Notes: a model not told the origin generated them from the letters alone. 64,000 nucleotides of DNA from Hemiscyllium ocellatum (GCF_020745735.1 NC_083409.1:11897052-11961051), one strand, 5' to 3'; shown: positions 1-12,780, counted from the stretch's first letter. Numbers and translations are program-made.

Positions 1-354
1 TGACTTTTCCCAATTGCCTTCAATCTGTGGTCTCTCGGTCTCAATCCTTTCTCAATTGGGAACATTTTCTCCCTATTTACTGTATCCAGGCCCCTCCTGA
101 TTTTAATTCCTCCAACAAATCTCCTCTCAGCCTTCTCCAAAGAAGTCAGTCCCAAATTGTCCAAACTATCTTAATAACTGATGTTCCTCATCCCTGGAAT
201 GATCTTTGGGAATATTTTTGCCATTTCTACAAAATTTCACCTGCTTCCTGAATGATTTACATTATCTATGTCCCTCATGATTTTATAAACCTCTATAAGG
301 TCACTCCTCAGACTCTTACACTTGAGGGAAAAACTCTCAGCTTTTCCAGCTGCT

Positions 355-1255
355 CATAGTCATGGAGTCATACAGCGTGGAAACAGACATTTCAGTCCAA
401 CTTGCCTGTGTTAACCAGATATCCTAAATGACCTCATCCCATTTGCCAGCATTTGGCTTACATCCCTCTAAACCCTTCCTATCCATGTTCCCATCCCAAT
501 GTGTTTTAAATGTTGTAATTTTATCCGCCTCCAACGCTTTCTCTAGCAGCTCGATCCAGACACAAACCACCCTCTGTGTGACAAGTTACCACTCGGGTCC
601 CTTTTGAATCTTTTGCCTCTCACCTTAAACCTATGCCCTCTTGTTTTGGACTCCCGTTCCCAAGGAAAAGACCTTGGATATACACCTTGTCCATGCCCTT
701 CATGATTTTCTGCACATCCATAAGGTCACCCCGAGGCCTTAGATGCTGCAGGGAAAATAGGCCCATTTCTTCAGCCTCTCCCGACAGCTGAAACTCTCCA
801 ATTCCTGGCCACATCCTTGTAAATCTTTTCCGCTGCCTTTTAAGTTTAACAACATCCTTCCTATCTCAGGATGATCAGAATTGTTCACATTATTCCCAAA
901 GTGGCCTCACCAACTGCTGTACCACTGCAACATCATGTCCCAACTCCTTTACTCAATGCAGTGACCAATAAAAGTAAGCATACCCAACACCTTCTTCATC
1001 TCCCTGTCTACCTGTGACTCCACTGTCAAGGAATAATGCACCTGCACCTGCACCTTCACCACTCAGTCTCTTTGTTCAGCAACACTCCGCAGGGCCCTAC
1101 CATTAACCATAAAAGTCCTGCCTTGGTTTGGCTTTGAAAAGTACAGCACTCACATTTATCTGAATTAAACTCCATCTGCCATTCCTCAGCCCACTGGCCC
1201 AGTTGGTCAAGATCCCATTGTACTCTTAGACAGCCTTCTTCACTGGCCACGATGC
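355..1255 (-). mobile_element. CR1-clade LINE (HER1-like) 3' fragment, decayed
   Basis: Minus-strand ORFs 620-814 and 1056-1286 resemble the CR1 ORF2 C-terminus (LGQWAEEWQMEFNSDKCE; LFSLQHLRPRGDL). The 3' tail points toward 355. Confidence 0.8.
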
Positions 1256-1544
1256 CACCTGAAAATTCACCTGAACAGACTCTCACAACTCTGGCCCCTC
1301 CCTGCCTGTTACACTGCTACTACCCCAGTCTATATTCAAAAATTAAAGAACCATTTATAATGACTCTATCATGTTTGCAGATATCTGTAAATTCCTTGCA
1401 TTTGTATTCCTCTGCATCCTTCCCATTGGGTGGTGACTTGTTGACTGTTCTGAGGATTCTGTGGTCCTTGGTGTTCCTCTCTGTTATTCCCTCCTGGCTC
1501 CCACAGCCCTGCCAAGTTAGTTTAAACCCTCGCCAACTGCACTA

Positions 1545-2400
1545 GTAAATCACCCCAAAGGAACTCAGTCCCAGCTCGGTTCAGGAACAACGCTGTCTGG
1601 TCTGTCCAGGTCCCATCTCCCCCAGACCCAGTCTCAATGTCCCAAGAATCTAAAGTCCTCCAACTTGGATCGTCTTTCCAGCTTCACATTCACCTGTGTT
1701 ATCCTCCTGTTCCTATTCTCACTTGGGTGGGGCACTGGGAGAAATCCGGAGATTCTAACTTTTGAGATCCCAGTGCTAATTCCCTCCAGAGCCCCCTAAA
1801 TTCTGACTGCAGGACCACATCCCTTTCCTCCCTCTGTCACTGGGACCGATGTGGACCACGACTGCTGCCTGTTCCCCCTCTCCCCTCAGGGTGCTCTGCA
1901 GCCGCTCAGAGACATCCTTGACCCTGGCACCAGGGAGACAACACACCATCCTGGATTCCCATCTGCAACTGCAGAAACACCTATCGATTGCCCTCACTCT
2001 CGAATCTCCTCTCGCTCTCCCTCTTCCTTGTACCCCCTGTACAGCTGAGCCCCCCGTGGTGCCATGGGCTTGGCTCTGGCTGCACTCCCCAGATGAACCA
2101 TCATTCTCATCAGGATTCTGAACTGAATCCTGGTTGGAGAGTGCGATGCACTCAGGGGATTCCTCTACTAGCTGCCTGGTCCTTTTAGACTGTCTGCTGC
2201 TCCCCCATTCCCTCTCACCCTGCATTCGCTGAAGCTGCAGAGTGACCACATCTAGAAACGTGCTCTCCACAGAGCTCTCAGCCTCACGGACGCTCCGAAC
2301 TGACACCAGCTGCTGCTCAAGCTCCGAAACCCGGAGTTCCAACTGCTGTCACTGACCACACTTTCTGTTCTCATGGTATTCCAGGAGCTAGGAAGCATTC
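1545..2400 (-). mobile_element. CR1 LINE 5' fragment with ORF1 coiled-coil and esterase (SGNH-like) remnant
   Basis: ORF 1776-2342: ELRVSELEQQL...RGDSRVRAIDR...VCCLPGARVKDVSERLQSTLRGEGEQAAVVVHIGPSD, typical of vertebrate CR1 ORF1. Confidence 0.8.
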
Positions 2401-2539
2401 TGAAGTTCCCACCTAAATGCACACTCTCTTCACCCTTTGGTCATCTCTTGGCAAAGTTCTGATGACAAACAGCTCCAGCAGGGCTCACAGTCCAGTGGGT
2501 TCAGTGTTCCAGGGTTTTGGGGAAACTCTCCAGAAGACT

Positions 2540-5500
2540 TTAAGAAATAGGAGCAGAAATCAGCCATTCAGCCCGTTGAATCTGCTCCGACAATTGATCT
2601 TGGCAGATATGCTTCTCACCCCCATTCTCTGCTTGATCCACAGGAACGTTCGATCCCCTTAACTATCACAAACTATCTACCTCTGTCTTAAATACACTCA
2701 GTGACTTGGCCTCCACTGCCCTCTGTAGCAATACATTCCACAGATTCACCACCCTCTGGCTGAAGAAATTCCTCCTCATCTCAGCTCGAAAGGGCCGGCC
2801 CTTCATACTGAGGCTGTGCCTTGGTTACCGACTCTCTCCTGTTTTTGGAAACATCTTTTTCACATCCACTCTATCCAGGTTGATCAGTATTCAGTAAATT
2901 TCAATAAGATCCCTCCTCATCTTTCTAAAGTCCATTGAGTACAGACCCAGAGTCCTCAAGCACATCTGATACGATAAGTCCTTCATCACCAAGATCATTG
3001 TTGTAAACCCCTCCAATGCCAGCCCATGGTTTCTTAGAATATGGGTCCGAAATCTGCTCACAATATTCCAAATGCAGTCTGACCAGAGCCTTACACAGCC
3101 TCAGCAGTACATCTCTGCTCTTGTATTCTGGCCCTATTGAAATGAATGCTATCATTTCATTTGCCTTCCCAAGCACAAACTGGACCTGCCTGTTAACCTG
3201 AAGGGAAACCTGAATGAGGTTCGTGCTTTAGATTTCCAAAAGATTTTCTTATTTAGAAAATAGTCTTTGCATCTCTTCTTCCTCCCAAAGTGCACACCCT
3301 CACACTGTCACACATTGTATTCTATCTGCCACTTCTTTGCCCACTCTCCGAGCCTATCCAGGAGCTTTTACATTCTTCCCACTTCCTCAACACTACCTGT
3401 CCCTCCACCTATCTCATGTCATCTGCAAACTTAGCAACAATGTCTTCCAGATTGTTAATGTATAATGTGAATAGTTAAGGTCCCAACATTGACCCCTACA
3501 TGACTCTACCAGTCACCAACGGCCATTTTTCCTCACTCTCTGCTTTATGCCAACCTGCCAGTCCTTAGTCCATGCCAGTGCCTCGGCCCTCACACTGAAT
3601 GCTCTTATCTAATGTCAAAGGCCTTCTAGAAATCCAAATAGATTACTTCCTTTGACTCTCCTTTGTCTGACTGGCTCATTGCCTCCTCAAAGAATTCTAA
3701 CAGATTTGCCAGGCATGACCTCCCCTTGATGAAGCCGTGTTGACTCAGCCCTAGTTTACAATTGCACCTCCAAGTCCTCTGCAATTTCATCCTTAAATTG
3801 AAGTCTAAAACCTTACCAACAACTGAGTCCAGGCTAACTGGCCTATAATTTCCCATCTTCTCCCTCCTCCCTCCCTTCTTAAACAGGGCTGTTATGTGAG
3901 CCACTTTCCAGTCCCTTGCCCCCATCAGATCCCTGCCCACCACACTGTCATACCCTGACTCCATCGATTCCTGAAAGATCATCTCCAATACCTCCATAAT
4001 TTACTCAGTGATCTCCTTCAGAACACACTCATGTAGTTCATCTAGTCTGGGTGAGTTATCCACATTCAACCTTTCAGCTTCGATTCAATTCCTCTGCTAT
4101 TTCTTCACTTCCTATAATACTTTCTCCAGCCTCATTTTCCAATGTCTATTTTTGCCTTCCTCTTCCTTTTTATACATCTGATAAAACTCGTGCAATCTTC
4201 TTTTGTATTACCGGCTAACTTACCCCCACATTTCCCCTTCTCCACCTTTAATGCTTTTTTATTTATCCTCTCCAGGTTTTTAAAGGCTTCCTAACCCTCT
4301 GGCTTCCCACTTTTCTCTACCACATTGTGCATTTTTTTTCTTTTGCTTTTATGCTGTCCGTGACTTCCCTCACCAGCCATGGTTGCCTTGTCCTCCCCTT
4401 AGTATGTTTCTTCTTTTTCGGATGAATTCCTGCTCTGCTTCCTGAATTATGCCCAGAAACCCTGCTGTTTGCTGCCCCACCATCTTACCTGCTTGGCTCC
4501 CCTTCCAACCAACTCTGGTCAACTCCTTCCTCATGTCTTTGTTGTTCCCTTTACTCAACTGAAATACAGATCCATCTGATTGCAGCTTCTCCCTCTCAAA
4601 CTACAGGGGGAATTCTATCATATTATGATCATTTTTCCAGAAGGATACTTTCACCTTCAGCTCATTAATCAAGTTTGCCTCATTCCACATCACTGAATCC
4701 AGAACTGCCTGTTCCATAATGGCTCAACCGCAAGCTGCTCCAAAAACGATCTTGTAGACATCCATGAAATCCTTTTCTTGAGACGCGCTACCCAGTCCAC
4801 CTATCCATTGAGGTCTGCCCTGACATTTTGTATACGGCTTTTCTGTCTCCTGATTGATTTCCTTCTCCACACCCTGATTACTGCTTGGAGATCTGGACAT
4901 AACTTGCATCATATTCTTTATTTCTTGCGGTTCCTCAACTCTACCCACACACATTCTACACCTTTTGACTCTATCTCACTTCTTGCTTTGATTTAATTTA
5001 ATATCGTACTAACAAGGCAACTCTTTCCCCTCTGTCCATCTGCCTGTTCTTTTGATGGGACATATATCCTTGGATATTTAGTTCCCAGCCCGGATCCCCT
5101 TACAGCCATGTCTCTGTGATACCCACAACATCGTACCTGCCAGTTTCAATCTGCACTACCAGCTCATTGCGTATACTGTGTGCTTTTAAGTCCAACACCT
5201 TCAGTCCTGCATTGACTGCCCTCCTTCTCATCATTATCCTCTTATCTGCTGTGCTTGATGCTCGACTCTTGTTCCTTTCTGTACTCTCTCTCCTGGTATG
5301 CCTTCTAGAAACCGAATAGCCTCTCTTGAGCCCTCCTCCACTTTAACTAGTTTAAATTCCTTGGAAACTCAATTTACCTCGATTTATGGCATCACTTTGT
5401 CTGCCTTACTCGGAATGCTTCGTGCATTTAGATACAAACCCTTTAAGTTTGTTCTATTGTTCGTTTTCCATGCACTTTCATGGTTCCTTCGATGTTCAAA

Positions 5501-5625
5501 AATTCCATCCCTTCCTTTTATTTTCTGGTAACAATCAATCCCATCACTAACCAGCAATCCTACCTTCTCCTTTACCTTCCATTTTCTCATTTTCCATCCA
5601 ACGGAACCAAATTCCTTTCTCTTTG
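2540..5625 (-). mobile_element. Long decayed CR1 LINE (endonuclease to RT to 3' tail), frameshifted
   Basis: APE start LKGLYLNARS (5384-5590); RT motifs HITALFKKGGR...GNYRPVSL, QHGFIKGRSCLANLLEFFEE, VIYLDF (3626-3997); C-terminal LRLCKALVRLHLEY (2925-3176). Confidence 0.85.
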
Positions 5626-5824
5626 GGTTGAGTTCAGGACAATATTTATCCTTGGACCAACATCATGAAAAATGCTCTTTGATCTCATTGCTTCTAGTGG
5701 GATCTTGCTGTGTAGAAATTGGCTGTCCCTTTCCTGACATTGCAACAGTGACTGGTTTTAAAACAAAATGTAAATGTCTTTGGGAGAGCCTGAGGTGTTA
5801 GGGGCTCGATTGAAATACAATTAC

Positions 5825-6490
5825 AGTTATGGAGATGTACAGCAGAGAAACTGACCCTTCAGTCCAAGTCATCCATCCTGACCAGATACCCTAAATTAAT
5901 CTAGTCCCATTTGCCAGTATGAGGCCCATGTCGCTCTCAACCCTTCCTATACATATACCCATCCAGATGGCTTTTTAAATATTGTAATCATACCAGCCTC
6001 CACCACTCCCTCTGGCAGCCCATTCCAAAAATGTACGACCCTCTGCATGAAAACGTTGCACCTTAGGTCCTTTTTAAATCTTTCCCCTGTCACCTTCAAC
6101 CTATGCCCTCTAGTTCTGGACTCCCCCACTCTGAAGAAAAGATCTACTCTATTCACCGTATCTATACCCCTCATGATTTTATAAACCACTGTGTGGTCAC
6201 CCCTCAGCCTCCAACAATCCAGGGAAAATAGTCTCAGTCTATTCAGCTTCCTCCGATAGCTCAAACTCTCCAACCTTGGCAACACACTTATAAAACTTTT
6301 CTGAAGCATTTTAAGGTTCACAATATTGTTCCTACAGCAGGGAGACCAGAATTACACACCGTATTCCAAAAGTGACCAATGTCTGGCACAACCACAACAG
6401 CTCCCAACTCCAATACTCAATGCGCTGCCCAATAAAGGAAACCATACCAAGTTACTTCGTCACTCCCCTACCTACCTGCAACTCCACTTT
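5825..6490 (-). mobile_element. HER1/CR1 LINE 3' fragment
   Basis: ORF 5947-6321: LPRLESLSYRRKLNRLRLFSLDCWRLRGD...RTRGHRLKVTGERF. Confidence 0.85.
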
Positions 6491-6969
6491 CACGGAACTT
6501 TTTTTTTGGTTGAACTGGGAGTCTTTCAGATGTGAAAGGTGCCATTCCATGGCACTGTTGGATGAAGAGCAGGCAGTTCCTTCTGGTGTACCTGGTCACT
6601 ATTTATCCCCCAATAAAAAATCACTAAAAATCTATTTCTCTGCTAATTATCATACTGTGTTTGGGATCTCACTGCACAAAGTCTGCTGGAAAGAGCCATT
6701 GGGACATCCTGAGCTGGGGACAGGTGCTACACAAATGCAGGTCTTTCTTTAAGGTTAGAGTCTCTTGATCCTGAACCTCACCCATTGTCTGCGCACTCTC
6801 ACCTTCCAGGAGGCATGGGGTCATTAGGAGCAGTGACCCTGCCTGACCCCAGGTCACTGAGACTCTTTGCAGCTTCACCCTTGATCTCAGCCCAGTGGTG
6901 TGCAGCAAGGTTTGAAATGTATTCAAGAGCATTCTACACAGACACCCCAATGTGACTCCTTCCCGAAAT

Positions 6970-7560
6970 GTTTGGATCCAAGTCTGCTCCAATGTTCTCG
7001 GATAAAGTTCTCCTCATCTGTGGGTAATCCGAGGTTTGTTAAAGAGGGATCGAGCTCCATCCCACTCTCCAGCTCTTGCTCCATAGCTCTGGATGTTTCG
7101 CTGTTCCAAGTGAATATCCAAGTGTTTTTTCAATGTGATGAGGGTTTCTGCCTCTCCCAACCTTTCAGACAGTGAGTCCCAGATCCCATCAGCCTCTGGG
7201 TGAAAACAATTACTCCTCAATTCACCTCGAACCCTGTCCCCAATTCATTTCAATCTCTCCCCATGGTTATTGCCCTCTCTGCTGATGGAAATCAGTCCTT
7301 CCTACCAATTCTATCTTGGCCCTCATCAGTTTACACACCTTGATCAAATCTCCCCTCAGCCTTCTCTGTTCCAAAGAAAACAGTCCCAGCCAAACCAATC
7401 ATTCCTCAAAACTAAAACTCCCCATTCCTGACAAAATCCTCCACTGTCCCCATCACTAGGGGGATCATATCCTTCCTGTAATGTGGTGACCAGAACTGTA
7501 CCCTGTTCTCTCACTGTGCTCTAACTGGGGTTTGATAAAGTTCCAGAATAAACAAATTTC
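6970..7560 (-). mobile_element. CR1 LINE 3' fragment
   Basis: ORF 7014-7220 (IWDSLSERLGEAETLITLKKHLDIHL) matches the CR1 ORF2 end seen in other copies. Confidence 0.7.
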
Positions 7561-7584
7561 TTGCTTTCACTCTCAACCAAAAAT

Positions 7585-7940
7585 GAGATAAGGGAGGTGA
7601 TGGCCTAATAGTATTATTGCTGACCTGTTAATCCAGAGATCCAGATTAATGTTCTAGGGACCAGGGCAGAATCCTGCCACAGCAGATGGTGGAATTTGAA
7701 TTCAATTTAAAAAATCTGGAATTAAGAGTCTGATGATGACCATGAAACAATTGTTGATTGTCAGGAAAAAAAGCCATCTGATTCCCTAATGTCCTTTAGG
7801 GAAGGAAACTGCCATCCTTACCATGTGACACCAGACCCACAGCAATGTGGGTGACTCTAAAATGCCCTCTGGGCGATTAGGGATGGGCAATAAATGCTGC
7901 CGATCCAGCAATGCCCTCATTCCATCAAGGGAAAAAGAAA
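7585..7940 (+). mobile_element. tRNA-derived SINE, second family (tail gggcaattagggatgggcaataaatgctg)
   Basis: The head gggaggtgatggcctaatagtatt, the body and the tail recur inverted at 59025-59343. The tail also appears at about 9047, 17750 and 25240. Confidence 0.7.
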
Positions 7941-8084
7941 AACTGTTTATCCCATGTGTCTTCTGAACCACCTCACTGACCTGCATTCATTAATCACCAT
8001 GGCCACATCTTCCACCTCCACACACATCTGACTTCCAGCCTCAAGCTGACGACAGACATTCCTTCATTATCTGAGAAACAGACA

Positions 8085-9010
8085 GAAACATAAAACACAG
8101 GAGCAGCAGTAGGCCATTCGGCCCCTCAAGCCTGCTCCACCATTCAATATGATCATGGCCGATCATCCAACACTGTCCCCTGTTCCTGCTTGCTCCCCAC
8201 ATTCTTTGAACTCATTAATCTTAAGAACTGTATCTAATTCCTTCTTGAACACATACCGCATCTAATTCTCTCATGCTGGTAAATTGATGAGAAGTATTGA
8301 GTTGTTTTTTGACACAATGATCCGTTGGGCCTTTTGGGTCTCTCTGACTCTGACTCTATTATTATACGTTATGAATAACTGGGTACCAAGGACTGATCCC
8401 TGTGGTACCCCAACTGGGAAATATCTGCCATTCAGAAAAAGACTCGCTCTTCCTGTCCTGTCTGCCAACCAGTTCTCAATCCATGTCAGTACATGATCCC
8501 AAATCCTCTTGTTTGTTGGGATTTCTTTGATTCAGTTGGACACAGTTAATCCTGTCTTTGCCTTCCTCAGGTCCTGTTCAATGTCACCCCTGCATTTTCG
8601 ATCCTCCTCTGGGCTTTCTGCAGATAACTCCAGATAACCAACATCACCTTCCCTGTTGGTCTTCCCTACTCTGGCTGCCTTTTGACATCCCAGGCTGAGA
8701 GTCTAGATTTGGGAGTCCCACCCTTACTCATTGTGGGAACAGATTCTGAACAATCTCTGTCTTTTCTTTTGAGGGATCCCACTGCCCTGACATTGATTTC
8801 ACATGATGGCGTTGGTTCCAGTCCACTTTTACTAAATTATCGCACAGTTTAGTAAAATAGTTCATTCCCAAGTGAAAACGTTAACACTTGCTGCATGGTT
8901 CTCCATTTCCATCTCTACTCTCAATCTCACTGAGTTCTGGTCACTGTCACTAAACTGCTCCCCCATTGAGAGCCCTTCCAGCTGCCCACATTCATTCCCT
9001 AAACAAGAGT
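8085..9010 (-). mobile_element. CR1 LINE tail plus RT fragments
   Basis: CR1-type tail at about 8090-8230; ORF 8271-8468 contains GVPQGSVLGTQLFITY (RT motif). Confidence 0.7.
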
Positions 9011-9245
9011 CCAAACCTGTTCCTTGTCTTTCCCCATCACCTTCTCGGGGCAATTAGGGATGAGAAATAAATGCTGGCCCTGCTCGTGACACTCACTCCC
9101 AAGAAGCAATTTAAACAATACCTGTTTTTTTTGTCGGGTTTGGTAGGTATTGGATACAAATGTTCAAACATTTTACCAGTGAATGTTCTGAGAGTTGAAG
9201 TTTCTTCAAATGGCAGGGATTAAAATTGTTTCTCTTGTCTTTCTG

Positions 9246-9574
9246 GCCGTGAGAACTCTCAGCCCAAGCTGACCCTGCTGCCCCCCTCCCTGGAGCAGGT
9301 CAATGCCAAGGGCACTGCCACCCTGGTGTGCCTTGCCAATCACTTCTATCCCGATGAGCTGGAGGTGCAGTGGAAGAAGGACGGTGCAGTCATTTCGGAC
9401 GGGGTTCAGACCAGCAACTACCTGCGAGCTTCGGACAGCACCTACAGTGTCAGCAGCCTGCTGACCCTCTCTGGGTCTGACTGGGAGTCCAACGCTCGCT
9501 TCTCCTGTGCCCTCACCCACGTGACCCTCCCCTCTCCCCTCAGCAAGAGCATCAGGAGATCAGAATGTGTGTAG
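9246..9574 (+). CDS. IGKC: Immunoglobulin kappa (shark NS4/type III) light-chain constant exon; open frame, non-canonical acceptor, possibly non-functional
   Basis: RENSQPKLTLLPPSLEQVNAKGTATLVCLANHFYPDELEVQWKKDGAVISDGVQTSNYLRASDSTYSVSSLLTLSGSDWESNARFSCALTHVTLPSPLSKSIRRSECV* shows C1-set Cys/Trp/Cys and a terminal interchain Cys. It closely resembles recalled nurse shark NS4 C regions. Confidence 0.93.
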
Positions 9575-10091
9575 AGTGTGTGAGACAGTCCACAGAGGAG
9601 ACACAACTTTAAATAGAACAGGGCTGAGCTGGCAGGACAAAGGTCATTGTCAGCACTAAATGTCAACGCTCCTCCTTCTCAGGACTGGTCTAGGGGACAC
9701 TTTTGAGGTTCAGGAGTTAAGGCAGTTCATTGGGACAGCGTAGAGAGAGTTTTATCCTATGTAAAACCTCATGCTGTCCTTGTCCTGGGAGTGTTTGACG
9801 GGTCAGGGTTGACTTGTGATGCTAAGTAAAATCTCTTGAAGATGCTGAAAAGTGCCAGCTGTACAAAACAATGTGAACCTCAGAAGTCTCTGCTTCAGTA
9901 AAACAGATCTCCTTCCTGCTCAGCCACCAGTTCCAATTTTTGTCACTGTTTAAAGGGACAGGATTCTCATGTTACTGAGAAAACCTCCACAAGTGTTTTC
10001 CTCAAGCACCATTGTGGCTGTGAATTTGAGCAGCTTCCTCTGTCTGGGCTGTTAATTTTAGTGTTTATTCTCCCAAAGCCAATCAAATCAG

Positions 10092-10097
10092 ATTAAA
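10092..10097 (+). terminator. Candidate poly(A) signal (ATTAAA) for the C-kappa transcript
   Basis: First AATAAA/ATTAAA after the stop at 9574, followed by GT/T-rich sequence (gtctctgtttctgtgtgc). Confidence 0.35.
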
Positions 10098-10475
10098 GTT
10101 GAAGAAGATTCAGTCTCTGTTTCTGTGTGCTTTGGAAATGGACCACTCCCTTCAGCTGATTGGATGCATTTCAGCACAGCATTGTCACAATTGGCTGTTT
10201 GGTCTGTCAATCAGTAAGACTTTCGTTGTAGTATGGACTGACAGCTAATCATCAATCATTTTCAAATGATCCCTTTGATCTGGAAACTGTGGAGGTTACA
10301 AGTTTCCAAACAAAACAGAAACTGAAAGCTGTTGGGACTCTGTAATTACAATCTGAGGCATTCCCTCTTCACTCTTTTGATCCAGGTAGAGTTGCTGGGA
10401 TAGTACTGTGCGCTCTCTGCTGCATGCTGGATAGTACCTGTAATGTTTTAAGGCCAGTCACTGAGAATGGAGGCT

Positions 10476-11066
10476 GTGTGTCTCTCTGAGTTGAGTGTGC
10501 GTGTTTTACATAATGCTGCCTGAGGTGTCACTGTGAGTGTGGGTGTGTTATTCAGAGACACCGACATGCAGCACTGAGTAACATGTTCACACTCAGAGAG
10601 ACACCTCCAGGCAGCATGGACTGTGAGCATGTTACTCAGTGCTCAAAGCGTGTGGAGGTGGAAAAGCATAGCAGGTCAGGCAACATCCGAGGAGCAGGAG
10701 AATCAATGCCTTCATCAGGAAAATTCCTTCATCAGGATGTCCAAAACGTTGATTTTGCTGCTGCTCAGATGCTGCCTGACCTGCTGTGCTTTTCCAGTAC
10801 CACACTCTCGACTCTAAGCTCCAGCATCTGCAGTCCTCACTTTTGCCTTGTTACTCAGTGCTGCCTGGCACTCTGAGTGTGTGTTACTCAGTGCTGCCTG
10901 ACTCTGAGTGTGTGTGTTACTCAGTGCTGCCTGGCACTCTGAGTGTGTGCGTTACTCAGTGTTGCCTGTAGATATCTCTCTGAGTGTGTGTGTTATTCTG
11001 TACTGCCTGTCAGTATCTCATTGAGTGTGAATGTGTTACTCTGTGCTGCCTGTAGGTGTCTCTGAG
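10476..11066. repeat. Degenerate minisatellite, unit about 30-40 bp (gagtgtgtgttactcagtgctgcctggcactct)
   Basis: At least six tandem units at 10850-11066, further units at 10490-10643 and one inverted unit at 10569-10617. Confidence 0.85.
10644..10849. mobile_element. Palindromic non-autonomous Penelope-like element, decayed hammerhead remnants
   Basis: Arms gaaaagcatagcaggtcaggcaacatc / gatgctgcctgacctgctgtgcttttcc; two ttcatcagg (reverse complement of CTGATGAA) in the centre. Same family as 54987-55173, in the opposite orientation. Confidence 0.75.
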
Positions 11067-11190
11067 GTATTTGTCTCTGAGTGATGGATAGAGAATGGGC
11101 TTTGTGATGGGAATTGAAGATTTGGCTTTAATCGTCTCAAATCATGAATGAAAAACAGTTCAGTCTGAAATGGCGCCTCAGTGAGATGGC

Positions 11191-11317
11191 CAAAGTTAAA
11201 AATCACACAACACCAGGTTATAGTCCAACAGGTTTCTTTGGAAGTACACGCTTTCAGAGCTCCTTCATCAGGCAGCTAGTGGGGCAGGATCATAGTTGAC
11301 AGAATTTACAGTGAAAT
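11191..11317 (-). mobile_element. Penelope-like terminal fragment with collapsed hammerhead core
   Basis: Minus strand reads CTGATGAAGGAGCTCTGAAAGC...aaacctgttggactataacctggtgttgtgtgattttt. Flanked by TGAGATGGC at 11182-11190 and 11318-11326. Confidence 0.7.
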
Positions 11318-11738
11318 TGAGATGGCAACTGAGAAAGGTGAATACTGAGAGTGTGTTCTCAGTAAGGGAGGGATTTCAGAGGCAGTGGGCACTGTGCTCC
11401 CTAATGTGTTGCCTGATTACAAGGGGATTTTTTGGATCCAGGGTCATTGCAGTTGTGGCTGCCTGCCCAGCCAGTGCTGACTACCCATAGTCATATTTCA
11501 ATGGTCAATTAGCTCTAAACTAGGTGCAGTAATATTACCTTACAGAGAGGGGAGCTGTCTGAACGAGGGTGGTTGAATTCTTGCAGCCCCAAGGGGGATT
11601 GCAGTGGATTAATGAAGGGCACTACCAACATGAAGGTGCCACCTTCTCTCCCCCTGCCTCAGCTGTGGTGACCCTTGGATTAAACTCACCACCATTTGGC
11701 TCTGTCTGTAATGAGTGAGTGGGACTATGCTCCTCTGG

Positions 11739-12037
11739 GATTAGATTAGATTAGATTACCTACAGTGTGGAAACAGGCCTTTCGGCCCAACCAATCCACA
11801 CCGACCCTCCAAACAGAAACCCACCCGACCCATTCCCTCTGACTAATGCACCTAACACTATGGGCAATTTAGCATGGCCAATTCACCTGATTTGCACATC
11901 TTCGGACTGTGGGAGGAAACCAGGGCACCCGGAGGAAACCCAGGCAGACACAGGGAGAATGTGCAAACTCCACACAGACATTCACCCGAGGCTGGAATCG
12001 AACCTGGGAACCTGGCGCTGTGAGGCAGCAGTGCTAG
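11739..12037 (-). mobile_element. HE1-type (V-SINE) tRNA-derived SINE
   Basis: (TAATC)n tail, HER1-shared 3' end ggcctgtttccacactgtag, conserved central domain and tRNA-like head. Confidence 0.9.
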
Positions 12038-12445
12038 CAGGGATGATGACCACGTTGCTGGGTGATGGAGGGAAGGTCAACCTCTCCCAAAGGCAGCACA
12101 AGCTGGATTGAAGGGGTATCAAGAGTAAGCATGAGGAGATTGAGGGTAACAGAAGGAGGGGGATGGTTGGCAGGTTGTTATTCAGAGTCAGGTAACAGAG
12201 TATCAGTCCTTCTGACACTCCCCTTTTTATCTGTCAGCCAAGGCTCCCTGATTGGACAAGGTTAAACCCCATCAGGGAACTCATATTTAATCAGGAAAAA
12301 AACACTTATCGAACAAGGAGCGAAAGAGCTAAAGGACACTGAACAATATGAATGGTTTGAAAGATTCCTTTACGAACATCGCAAATGAGATTTGGGAAAG
12401 AACCTCTTTCACTCAGAGGGTGGTGGGAATCTGGAATGGACTGTC

Positions 12446-12780
12446 ATAGAATCCCTACAGTGTGGAAACAGGCCATTTGGTGCAACAAGTCCCGACCAAT
12501 CCTCCGAAGAGAAATTCACCCGAGATCCACTCCCCTTGGCTATTTCCCCTGACTAACACACCTAACTAACACATCCCTGAACACTATGGGCAATTTTAGA
12601 ATGGCCAATTCACCTAACCTGCACATCTTTGGATTGTGGGAGGAAACTGGAGCATACAGAGGAAAACCACACAGACACGGGGAGACTGTGCAAACTCCAC
12701 ACAGATACCCGGGCTGGAATCGACCCGGGTCCCTAGTGCTGTGAGGCAGCAGTACTAACCACTGAGCCACCATGCCACCC
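12446..12780 (-). mobile_element. HE1-type SINE, full length, nested in a CR1 relic
   Basis: Head GGGTGGCATGGTGGCTCAGTGG (A box), B-box-like GGTCGATTCC and HER1 tail. Confidence 0.9.

Noticed and set aside
7730-7762. CTGATGATGACCATGAAACAATTGTT hammerhead-like string in a SINE
   Set aside because: No stem II (U-U at the closing position) and no stem I; a chance match.
10620-11066. Tandem array as CRISPR-like
   Set aside because: Eukaryotic context, degenerate contiguous units and no unique spacers.
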